Both the position numbers and the translations under genes were made by a program. Shown one piece after another: positions 36,573-48,994 of a stretch of DNA of 64,000 nucleotides. The notes under the pieces were generated by a model. The model ran no database searches. It saw only the letters and a program-made list of their open reading frames with translations, and was not told where the DNA came from. Source of the stretch: Octopus sinensis (lineage: Eukaryota); the NCBI RefSeq assembly GCF_006345805.1, contig NC_042997.1, positions 168,950,001-169,014,000 of the forward strand, in the 5' to 3' direction. How positions within the stretch are numbered: the first letter of the stretch is position 1; the number at the start of each line of letters is the position of its first letter.

Positions 36573-38231
36573 CAGGGTGCGATGAATAAATTGTCGTCTA
36601 AATTACGCAAAGATGAAAATAACATAGACATCTCATTTTAACAGATATATTTACCAAAATTACATTAAAATATCTTGAAATACTAAAGTGTATAGGCACA
36701 GGAGTGGCTGTGTGGTAAGTAGCTTGCTTACCAACCACATGGTTCCGGGTTCAGTCCCACTGCGTGGCACCTTGGGCAAGTATCTTCTACTATAGCCTCG
36801 AGCCGACCAAAGCCTTGTGAGTGGATTTGGTAGACGGAAACTGAAAGAAGCCCGTCGTATATATGTATATGTATGTGTGTGTGTGTGTTTGCGTGTCTGT
36901 GTTTATCCCCCCCCCCCCAACATCGCTTGACAACCGATGCTGGTGTGTTTACGTCCCCGTAACTTAACACTTCAGCAAAAAGAGACCGATAGAATAAGTA
37001 CTAGGCTTACAAAGAATAAGTCCTGGAGTCGATTTGCTCGACTAAAAAAGGCGGTGCTCTAGCATGGTCGCAGTTAAATGACCGAAACAAGTAAAAGAGT
37101 AAAAGAGTTAAGAGTAAAAAGTAAATTTATTCAATAAAATCGCCGTTGTCTTCAACCACACCCTCCAGACGACTTCGGAATCTTCTGCAACTATTTTGGA
37201 CGCTCTCCTTAAGTTGGAGAATGCTGCAATAATCCTTGCCTTCGGTTCATCTTTGGTGTTACAAGGAGTTTTGTTAGTCTCTTGCTCAACTGCATCCCAC
37301 ACATTATAATCAAGGGGGCTGCAGTCTGGGGTGTTAGGTGACCAGATGTTTAGGTAATGTGGTCGCTGAAATTGTCTGACAGTCACGACTGGTTCTCCTG
37401 CTTGTGAGACATAGTGCAGAGTTCTGTTGCCAGACATAGGGTCTTCTAGCAGCCACCTTCTTGACCCAGAGAAGCATTGCCTTCTCCAGGAACTTGATGT
37501 AGGCCTCCGTGTTGAGTGTGAGGCAGTGTGGGAAGATGAACGGAGGGATAACGTTGCCATCACTAGTGATCATACAAAACACCATGATGTTGACTGGATG
37601 TTTGATTTTTATCTCTCTCGGTACATATTTTGGGGACACGGCAAGCCAACGGTTGTTCTGTGTTCAGCGTCTGATCCTGGCAGAATTTTTCTCGTCTGAG
37701 AAAAACCAAAGCATGTTTGGTTCGAGGAGTTGCTTGAATTTGTTAAAAAGTTTTGTAGCGCGGTCTTTCCTTTTGTCTTTGATGTCCTAGATTAAAGGTT
37801 GGCTCATCTTGTATGAAGAATACCGAAAGTATTCATGCACTATCTGTGTGATAAGAAACTCAGACATTCCCATGTCCCTAGTGATGGACCTAATTGTCTT
37901 GGAGGGATTGTTGTCAATCATGGCCTGGATCTCACCAAAAACTTGAGTTCTATATTATGAAAACGATCAGAGTTTTCCGATCTGCCATACCTTCATAATC
38001 ACCATTAGACTTATCCAACATTTTCGAATCCTCTGCACTCTCCTCAGAATGACACCCAAACACCCTGAAATGTTCGTACTTGAGCTTCCGGCGCGAATGC
38101 CAAGCAGTACACAATTTCATTCCCAAATTTCTGACCCTACTGTACTGTGTAGTCAACAAAATCAAAAACAAACAATGTGCATGCGCGAAATTAAAAATAT
38201 AAAATGGCGACAATTTATCCATCGCACATTG
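36573..38231 (-). mobile_element. Tc1/mariner element, maT (DD37D)-like, decayed and interrupted by a SINE
   Basis: TIRs CAGGGTGCGATGAATAAATTGTCG / CGACAATTTATCCATCGCACATTG with TA TSDs. Transposase motifs KHPVNIMVFCMITSDG, YVWQQNSA and WSPNTPDCSPLDYNVW. Confidence 0.9.
36692..37121 (+). mobile_element. SINE family A, full length, nested in the maT-like element
   Basis: Complete head, body and (GTAAAAGA)n tail. Confidence 0.92.
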
Positions 38232-38315
38232 TATGTATGTATGTATGTATGATGTATGTATGTATGTATGTATGTATGTATGTATGTATGTATGTATATG
38301 TGTATATATATATAT

Positions 38316-38843
38316 TGTGTCAGGTCACTTTCGAGTGCTACTGGAAACATGTAACCCAGTACAACCTGTTGCATGTTTGGGTCGTCGGTGACTAAACCGG
38401 CAACCCCACCAAGCTTGCTTGGTGAGGAGGGTGTTTATTGGACACCCTGCGGGATGAAAAACAAAACCCGTCAAAGGGCGGAGGAACTCTTGAGAGTCAA
38501 CGGTCATCCAATAAATGTCTTAAGGCTGTATCATGTGCGGGGACAGAAATAATCGGACTGAATACCTGATCGCGCAGTTAAACCATTGGGAGTGAAGGAC
38601 TCCTAGCCTTTGTTAGGGCATCCTTCTATGAGAAGGTAGCTCAGGTAACTGGGATAACTCCGATATAAAACCTGCGTGGTTACCGATGATGTTGACTTGT
38701 TCTTCTTTTTTGATTATGGCTGCTGTTGACTCAGTGCACAGTTTTTGCTCACTTTAAAAAAAATCTTCTTGCACAGCATTGCACGATAACAACATTGATT
38801 AAGTTTCGTGCAATGGCCATACTCGATAACAAGGGGGCAGCCA

Positions 38844-38846
<3 letters not shown>
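38316..38846 (+). mobile_element. Non-autonomous bipartite RTE derivative sharing its 3' tail with the LINE at 32460
   Basis: 3' end TTCGTGCAATGGCCATACTCGATAAC(A/G)AGGGGGCAGCCA is near-identical to the LINE 3'UTR (32461-32501, minus strand). The 5' part is structured and RTE-5'UTR-like. Flanked by TA-rich microsatellite. Confidence 0.75.
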
Positions 38847-38894
<48 letters not shown>

Positions 38895-39061
38895 ATATAT
38901 ATAATATATATATATATATTATTATTATTATTAATATTAGGGAAGTTATTTCTGAGTCCACAGGAGAGAGAAATTCAATTTAGTGGGGCTAAAACGAATT
39001 ACTCCCTGTATTATTTACATATATATAGATACGTTTAAGAGACAGAACCACCTTCAATAAT

Positions 39062-39460
39062 ACACACACACACACACTCACACACACACACACACCACAC
39101 CACACACACACACCACACATACACACATACACACTTACACACACACACATACACACACACATCAAATAACAAACGACATAAATTCTTGATTTATCAAGAT
39201 GGTCTCCACCTCCATGGGATTATCATGACTACCAAATAACAATTGAGACCAGTTCCAGGTGAGAAGTGGGGAGATAATCTCAAGAATCAATAACTCCACA
39301 ATGTTGATATGCTGTTAATGAAAAGGACAGGCTTATTGCTTGGAGATAAGAGAACAATCGTGGACATGCGTTTCTAGCTTAATAACCGTCATCAGGACGA
39401 CATTTGGCCAACCTTATCTCCAGTAGCCAAGGGACTTAGAGTTACACAAGCACACACACA

Positions 39461-39493
<33 letters not shown>

Positions 39494-39880
39494 CACACAC
39501 ACACACACACACACAACACACACACACACACACCACACATACACACATACACACTTACACACACACACATACACACACACATCAAATAACAAACGACATA
39601 AATTCTTGATTTATCAAGATGGTCTCCACCTCCATGGGATTATCATGACTACCAAATAACAATTGAGACCAGTTCCAGGTGAGAAGTGGGGAGATAATCT
39701 CAAGAATCAATAACTCCACAATGTTGATATGCTGTTAATGAAAAGGACAGGCTTATTGCTTGGAGATAAGAGAACAATCGTGGACATGCGTTTCTAGCTT
39801 AATAACCGTCATCAGGACGACATTTGGCCAACCTTATCTCCAGTAGCCAAGGGACTTAGAGTTACACAAGCACACACACA

Positions 39881-39930
<50 letters not shown>
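39062..39930. repeat. 420-bp tandem duplication bounded by (CA)n tracts
   Basis: 39121-39480 and 39541-39900 read identically by eye. Confidence 0.95.
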
Positions 39931-39934
<4 letters not shown>

Positions 39935-40109
39935 GAGTAGACCACATTTATGGCCTAAGTAATGAGTATAATTTAAACAGAAATGAACTAAGAGAAATAA
40001 CTCAGGGCTGTTATTTGGTATTTGATATAACTGTATTTGCCTCTGTTTTTTCATATACATGCCACTGGACACTCGGAGTTATTTCTCTTTGCTCACTTTT
40101 GCATACATA

Positions 40110-41250
<1,141 letters not shown>

Positions 41251-42116
41251 TCTGTATTCTTTGGAACATTATGTACTATTATTCGCCCATGTTCATGTCG
41301 GGTGATTTAATAAAATGATGGCTATTAAAAGGCGGTTATTTGAAGAGAACAGTTATATTTCGAGAAGAGTTAAGTTTCAGAGATTTTTATGAGTATTCAT
41401 TATTTTTTTATCTCTTCATTTCCTCATACTTACTAACAGAACATTTCACCTTCCTCAACCACATTCTTTACGGCTTTCTGAGGGGAATAATTATTTGTAA
41501 AACCATTACATTCTATGTCAGAATAGTCTCAGGTCATGTTTTAGAAAAACATATTCATATCAACTAAAACTCATAAAATGTGGTTATTTCACTGTCATTG
41601 TAGGAAAAGACATATTTGATGTTACCGTATATTATATAAAGATAAAATTTATATAAATTTCTATCATAATACATTCAAATTACAGTTTATTCAAACGTTT
41701 CAATAATGTTAAATGTTAATAACTTTTGATTAATATTGCTTTCAAATTTTGCCACAAGGCCAACAATTTCGGGGGAGGCAGGGAAGCCATAGTTTACAAC
41801 TACATTTCAACTAAAAATTTGCCATAAGGAATAAATGAACCAAAGAAAAACTTTTTTTTATTGAGACCGAATTTATTCCGTTCTATATTTAAGAGATGAG
41901 GAATTATGTACATTATTTGCATTTGACGAATAGTTGTCCTCATCTTGTTTATTGTTAACACAATTTTCGAACCTGGATTCTCATTCCTAAGGTATTTTTC
42001 GTTGTTACTATTATTCACTTTTTATTTCTTGCAAATTATGCACATTCCAATAAACATATTATCCACCTGGGTATATTTTGATCACACAAATTATCTCCTC
42101 ATCTTGTTTGTTGTTA

Positions 42117-42161
42117 GCACAACGTTTCAGCTGATATACCCTACAGCCTTCATCAGGTGTC
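42117..42161 (-). ncRNA. Minimal type I hammerhead ribozyme
   Basis: GACAC-CTGATGA-A-GGCTG TAGGGTATAT CAGCT-GAAA-CG-TT-GTGC. The core is intact, stem II is GGCTG/CAGCT, stem III is palindromic and stem I is CAC/GTG. Confidence 0.8.
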
Positions 42162-42210
42162 TTAGGGAAATTTCGAACATTGGTTCTCATTCCTAAGGTA
42201 TTTTTCGATG

Positions 42211-42244
<34 letters not shown>

Positions 42245-42245
<1 letters not shown>

Positions 42246-42316
42246 ATCATAGCCTGGAATCGAACTCGGAATCTTGAGGCTAGTAGCCCGCGCTCTTAAC
42301 CACGACGCCATATGCC
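42245..42316 (-). promoter_or_regulatory. tRNA-derived Pol III promoter-like cassette
   Basis: GGCATA-TGGCGTCGTGG (A box)-TTAAGAGCGCGGGCTACTAGCCTCAAGATTCC-GAGTTCGATTCC (B box). The acceptor stem is incomplete, so this is not a true tRNA. Confidence 0.7.
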
Positions 42317-42534
42317 TGTGGGCAATAATGGAGTGAAATTTAGGGCTTATCCTTCCTAAATACCGGTTTCCATATGCTATTCATATCTGCACTCAATCTG
42401 CTTAGGAGGTTATTGTGTCCTAGCATATGTGCTGATTCTTTTAGTTTTCGTATTTTCCAGTGGTGTTCTCTGTCTATTATTTTAACTTCATCCCACATGG
42501 GTAGGCGGTCTCCATTTTTCCATACATGATCAGC

Positions 42535-42607
<73 letters not shown>

Positions 42608-42937
42608 CATACAGCTAGAAAGAAAGAGAGAAATAGATCCCAGGACAGGTATATTATTATCGACCCCGAAAGGACGAAAGACGAAGTTGATCTTGGCAGG
42701 ATTTGAACACCAGATGGCAGGACGTATACTGTACAGCAATTTATCCACAGCTCTACGCACTTGGTAATTTACCACATACCTGATATATCAGCTTAACTCG
42801 GAAATATTTAACTGAACTAATTTGAATCTGCTCCAAATTACTTAAGTTTCGTCTACGTGTCTACACCCACAAAACTTTAAGAAAAGAGCAGCTGAGTTAA
42901 ACTGGTATTTGTTTGTATATATATATATATATATATA

Positions 42938-42993
42938 TAACGGGAAGCTTTATGAAAATAGACAAAAGACGAAGGCATGTAGAAAACAAACGA
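42938..42993 (-). mobile_element. Extreme 3' tip of the Penelope family at 10532, again in (TA)n
   Basis: AACGGGAAGCTTTATGAAAATA.ACAAAAGACGAAGGCA matches 10533-10571. Confidence 0.85.
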
Positions 42994-43011
42994 TTATATA
43001 TATATATATAT

Positions 43012-43403
43012 ATTCTTTTATTTATTCCAGAAATTTCACAGCGGTCATGCTGGAGCACCGTCTTTAGACGAACAATTCGACCATAGGACTTATTCTTTGT
43101 AAGCCTAGTATTTATTCTATCGGTCTCTTTTGCCGAACCGCTAAGTTACGGGGACATAAACACACCAACATCAGTTGTCAAGCGATGGTAGCGGGGGGGG
43201 GCAAATACATACACACACACAAACATATATATATGTACGACGGGTTTCTTTCAGTTTCCGTCTACCAAATCCACTCATAAAGCTTTGGTCGATCCGAGGA
43301 TATAGTAGAAGACACTTGCCCAAGGTGCCACACAGTGGGACTGAACCCGGAACTATGTGGTTGGGAAGCAAGTTTCTTACCACACAGCCACGCCTGCGCC
43401 TAT
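43012..43403 (-). mobile_element. SINE family A, full length
   Basis: Reverse complement of the family A head, body and tail. Confidence 0.9.
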
Positions 43404-43921
43404 CTAACACTAGCTAATTTTATGCTACGGAAACAAACAAGAATATAAGTAAAATATCACAGTATTTCAAAACAGATGTTTACGTGTTTTTAAGTTCTCA
43501 ATAACTTATTATTTCGATTATCTTGTTAATTTTATGATATATAAAACTCCTCAAATTTCTTCAATTTTCTTTAAATATCATGGATATATCAGCTGGAAAA
43601 TCTGACAGGGAAAAAAAATCAATAGAGAATCCAAAGCTACAGGGCTCCATAATTAATGAATAATACAGAAAACTTTGATAAATATAAAGTTGTGATATCA
43701 TAGAAGGACGAGAAGGAATCATTAATGTAGTTGTATTAGTGCGAAGATAATAGATATACAAGATAAAAAGCGACACATTTCATTCAGTATTCACACTTCG
43801 AAGTTTTGCTTGTGCTGGAGTCGGATTTTTTTCCAGTTTATCGACACAGAATCGACGCCATAAAAACATATAAAATCCTTGTGTAAAAATACATATATAT
43901 AAGAAAGAAAAACATATAATA

Positions 43922-44350
43922 ATTGTTTCTAATTTAGGTGCAAGGCCAGCAGTTTTGAGGACAAGGAATTAGTCGATTACCTCGACCAAGTATTTAACTG
44001 ACTGGTACTTTATTTTAGCAACCCCCGAAAGGATGAAAATCAAAGTTGACTTCGCCGAGGTTCGAGCTCAGAACACAAAACCCCAAAACAAATACTGCAA
44101 GGCAATTTTCCCCAAGATCTAACGATTCTACTAAGCACCCCTTCTTAAAACATCACAACAGTAAAATTCTTTATTCTCTAATTATGGCAAAAGGCTAGCA
44201 ATTTTGAGGGGAAGAGCAAAGTCGATTACATCAACTCTGGTACTTAACTGGTACATTATTTTATCGACAACGAAAAGATAAAAGGCAAAGTTGACCTCAG
44301 AACGTAAAGAACTGCAAGAAATGTCGCTTAACATTTTATCCGAAGCACTA
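43922..44350 (-). mobile_element. Two diverged SINE family B' copies
   Basis: CAAGGCCAGCA.TTTTGAGG tail plus CCCCGAAAGGATGAAA core. Confidence 0.65.
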
Positions 44351-44353
44351 ACG

Positions 44354-44499
44354 ACCCCAGGACTTATTCTTTGTAAGCCTAGTACTTATTCTATCGGTCT
44401 CTTTCGCCGAACCGCTAGGTTACGGGCACGTAAACACACCAGCATCGGTTATGAAGCGATGTTGGGGGGACAAACACAGACACACAAACTTATACACAC

Positions 44500-44547
<48 letters not shown>

Positions 44548-44698
44548 GACGGGTTTCTTTCAGTTTTCGTCTACCAAATCCACTCACAAGGCTTTGGTCG
44601 GCCCGTGGCTATAGTAGAAGACACTTGCCCAAGGTGCCACGCTGTGGGACTGAACCCAGAACCATGTGGTTCGCAAGTAAGCTACTTACCACACAGCC
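44354..44698 (-). mobile_element. SINE family A, 3'-truncated
   Basis: Reverse complement of the family A head and body. Confidence 0.88.
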
Positions 44699-44789
44699 TA
44701 GCATGGTACCGTAGGCTGCAGGCAACAAGCCCGTTACGCATACATGACTCCAGGGGATTCAACAAAACTTGTAATAAAAAGAAATGATA

Positions 44790-46050
44790 GTTACTAATAA
44801 TTTATGCAACAAGCCAAGGATGTTGGGAGAATAGAACATTCGTTGTTACCAACAGAATACAGACCTGAAACGGAGAAACTGGATTGCTGATTATAACCAC
44901 CCATTAACAAGCCATTAGAACAAATTTTATAAAGGCAAATTCAGCCAGAGCAAACACAAAATCTGTGGAAAAGGAGACGAAGGTATCAACCATCTTTTAC
45001 GCGAATGCAGTATACTAGCATAAAATGATTACACGTGCAAACATTGCTGTGTTGGTAAAAGAGTGCATTGGGATGTAAGCCGAGTGTGTGGATTTAGAGA
45101 GACAGAAAAGTGGTATGAACAGGAGCCAGAAGCTATGAAGGAAAATAATAGTTATAGGGTATTATGGGATTTCTCTATAAAAATTGTGCATACTATTGAA
45201 ACAGGGAAACCACACATAATTGTAAAGGACAAAATAGTATAAGATCATAAACTTTTCAATAGTAGAGTGGGTACTAAAGAAATTGAGTAAATTGAGAAAT
45301 ATCAAAACATAGTCGAAAAAATGAAGAGATTATGGACGAAAAAGGTAAAGGTTGTTTCTGTTGCAATTGAGGCATTCGGTACACCATCCAAACTAAGAGG
45401 CTGAAAGATGGTGGAACTGAGACACACATTGTCGACCTGCCGAAAAGTACCATCTTGTATTCTGCTAGAATTTTAAGAAAGCTACTTGGGATTTGAGGAG
45501 ATTTGTTGTCTCCAAACTACATGACAACATCCTTGCTAACTAATGTAACATTAATAGCTTTATAACAACAACAACAAAAATATTTAGCCCAGTTAGTGAC
45601 ATCGAAGTGACAGAAAAGTGATTTGAACATGAAACAGAGAGTGTAATGGTGACTGAGAATTACAGGATTTTATGACATTTCTCCATAGAGACTGACTGTA
45701 CCATTGAAGCCAGGTGACCAGATATGATTGTAACGAACAAGTAAAAAAAATGTGGGGAATAGTGTCACATCAAAGGCTTTGCAACACCATGTGATGGTAG
45801 GGCGAATATCAACAAAATCAAGAGAAATAAAGAGATTTTAGAACACAAAAGTGACAAGTATTTCTGTGATAACTGGTGCATTTGGCACAACACCCAAACT
45901 AATACCTAAGAGGGTGAAGGATATTGGAATTGCGACACGCATTGTCGATCTGCAGAAAAGTACCATTCCGTATTCTGCAAGAATCTTAAGAAAGATTCTT
46001 GAGATTTGAAAAGGCTCGTCATGAAAACCTCAGGTGTTAATTAAGTTGGA
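44790..46050 (+). mobile_element. Two tandem decayed 3' ends of an R4/Dong-type (RLE) LINE
   Basis: CGKGDEGINHLLRECSILA..VGKRVHWD..KWYEQEPE..VLWDF..KPHIIV..GAFGT..LQKSTI..ARILRK (CCHC knuckle plus restriction-like endonuclease). The endonuclease part recurs at about 45600-46010. Confidence 0.8.
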
Positions 46051-48691
46051 ATTAAAAACTTTTTGTAACTCTTCACGAAAGTAAATAGACAATAATAATA
46101 AACCTTTCCAGTATAGGCACAGACCTTAAATATTGGTGGAGGCGTCTAGTAGATTGCATCGACCCCAATGCTCAGCTGATACATATCTTACTAAAAGGAT
46201 GATGGCAAAGTATACCACATATTGGTTTCAAATTCTGGCACAAGGCCAGCAATTTCGGGGAAGGTGTTTAGTCGATTACGCCGACCCTAGTATTTAAATG
46301 GTAGTTATTTTGTATTGACTCGAAAGCTGAAATGTAAAGTCGATTTCGTGGGTATTTAAACTCAAAACGTAAAGCCGGAAGAAATGTCCAGCATGCTAAC
46401 GATTCTGCCAGCTCGCTGCCTTAGTGTGGTCTTTAAACTAGAAGGAGAATCCATTCGATGGGGTTCCACGCAGTTTCCGTCTACCCAGTTTTACTCATGA
46501 GGCTTGAGTCGACCCGAAGCTATGTCTAAGATGACATGCAGTATAGTTGAACTCGATACTTCGTAATTGCGAAGCGTACTTCCGAAACATTCGAGCATGC
46601 CGCATTCTTAAATAAACCTTACAAAAGCATGAAAGTTACAGCTTCTTATTCTCCATTCCGAAATCCTTTAAGCTTTGTATCGATATATGAAACAAACATT
46701 ATTCTTTCAATTGTATTGGTTTTATTTCCAGCTAATATTTTTTTTATGATTGAGAAAAAATATCTAAATGGGGTTGAATAAAACAGTGTTTTCATAATCT
46801 ATTGGAAAACAGATTTGAAAATTAAACCCGAAGTACAGATAAATTCTTACCTTGTTATGTTTCAACTTAAAACTACATCTTTTAGTTTGATCTTCCCTTC
46901 TAAGCGCAGTATACCTCTTTTTGACTAATGAACTAGAGTGGTTCACTGCCAGGATTATTCCCGCTTCTTATTTATCGTAAACTATGCGGTTATGGGCTCA
47001 TTCTTCTCAAGTAAATAATTGGCTTACTTAATTGTATTATATAGTCCGTTTTCTGGATATCAACTACAAAGGAGTTTATGTTCAACAAATACAATTTTGG
47101 AGCGCTCATGCATGTATATATATTTTTACAACTGTTTTAAGGTTATAACATTTGATGTTTTCAGCTTTTTCCATCGATTCTTTAAATAGATTTTAGTCGC
47201 CATTTACTGAAACCCACTGACGCCATTTTACATTATATATAATGACATTCAACCAAAAATTGCTTCCATTTAAAAGTTATTGTTCATTCCCTTTCTCTCC
47301 ACCTATCTCTGTCTCACACACTCGTTCTCTCTCTTTCTCTATTGCTCTCACTTTTTTCCTGCTTGATTTGCCATTCATACACACGTTTAAATGAAATCGA
47401 AAATAAATAAATAAATAAAAATAGCAGTGATCCCCATGACAGCAACTTAACATCAAAGCTACAGTCAGACTAATCTATAGTTTTTAGCAGATGAAATGCA
47501 GACGTTTCTGACGTTCATGTAAGCTCACCAATCCATCTTCAAATTACATTGTCATTAAAAATTTAGCAACTTATGTATTTACTTTCAATGATCATGATCC
47601 CAGGTACAGTGAATTTACGATAACATTTATATGACCAATTGTAGATGTGGTGGTCTGTATTCACGACACAAACGTACTGTTCATACGAGAGGGAGCATGC
47701 ACAATGTATTCAGAAATAGCAGCCAGATCTGCCTATTGTCTGTAGAAACGAACGACTGATTAGATTTGTGGTTCTCAAACTGACGAATACCAAACCCATC
47801 CACTTCCGAAACAATTAGTGAAATTGTTTCCTCCTCCTTCTCTTCCCTCTATTAATGTGAAAACAAAAATGTGATTTGCAGTATTTGTTCCTGCACTTTA
47901 TGTTCTGAGTTCAAATTTCTCGGCGGAATTTGAAATGAAATTTTTCAATGTCGATAAAATAAATTACTAGTCATGAACTGAGGGGGCGGGGGCTCGATAG
48001 AACTGACTAATCCCTCTCCTGAAAAGTGCTAGCCTTGTACCTTATCCAGAAACCATTCATACTTATCTCTCTTTTTCGCCGTGGTGTTGGACAAGCTGAT
48101 CAGTTTTTAAAAATCTAAATTTTAGTAAATGCATCAATTGTCGAAAGACTTTTTAATCGTCATAGAAACCTCCAGACAGACCCACCTCTGATGAGAAACA
48201 CTGCATTACAGAATATTGCGCTGGATACACACAAAACAAAAAACGAGATGACCATGGTTAGAACGCTTTTATCACAGGTCCGTTCAACTAGAGCTGACTT
48301 GGGGCTCAAGAACAATAATCGCTTACACATCTAGATTGTTCTTCCACTCCAAATATATGGTGAGTACTCAGGGGATTTATAGATAATCAGTAACAGTTCA
48401 ACGCTGAAGTATTTATTTTTAGTCGGTCGAAGAGTTGCGCCCCAGATCTTTTCAGGGTTCGTGGAAGGAAATTAGAATGTTATCCTCAGACCGGATACCT
48501 GGACTGAAGGCATGCAGTAGAATGGACTCGGTTAAAGGTACTCGGTCAACCACATGACATATTATCACATATAATGAAACCATTATCACATATATTGAAA
48601 GCCGTCCTTTCGGATGCAATTTTCATTATTATATGTGATAGCTATGGGAAGAAATCGTGAGGTTTAACGGTAAACGTCTGTTGTGAGTAAC

Positions 48692-48921
48692 GTGGCGAGC
48701 TGGCAGAATCAATAGCGCGTCGGGCGAAATGCTTAGCGGTATTTCGTCTGCCGCTACGTTCTGAGTTCAAATTCCGCCGAGGTCGACTTTGCCTTTCATC
48801 CTTTCGGGGTCGATTACATAAGTACGAGTTACGCATTGGGGTCGATATAATCGACTTAATCCGTTTGTCTGTCCTTGTTTGTCCCTTCTGTGTTTAGCCC
48901 CTTGTGGGTAGTAAAGAAATA
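48692..48921 (+). mobile_element. SINE family B, full-length monomer
   Basis: Head and one unit, flanked by a ~20-bp TSD GGTAAACGT(C/T)TGTTGTGAGT. Confidence 0.92.
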
Positions 48922-48994
48922 GGTAAACGTTTGTTGTGAGTGTCAAAGAAATAGGTATGTATTGTTCATTGTGTTCATTATCAAAGATTAGATA

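Larger units (their letters stand above)
41905..42535 (-). mobile_element. 3' end of a second Penelope-like family: GIY-YIG C-terminus, tRNA-like cassette, hammerhead and partial tandem repeat
   Basis: Minus strand 42535-42340 reads ADHVWKNGDRLPMWDEVKIIDREHHWKIRKLKESAHMLGHNNLLSRLSADMNSIWKPVFRKDKP*, typical of a Penelope endonuclease C-terminus. Confidence 0.85.
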
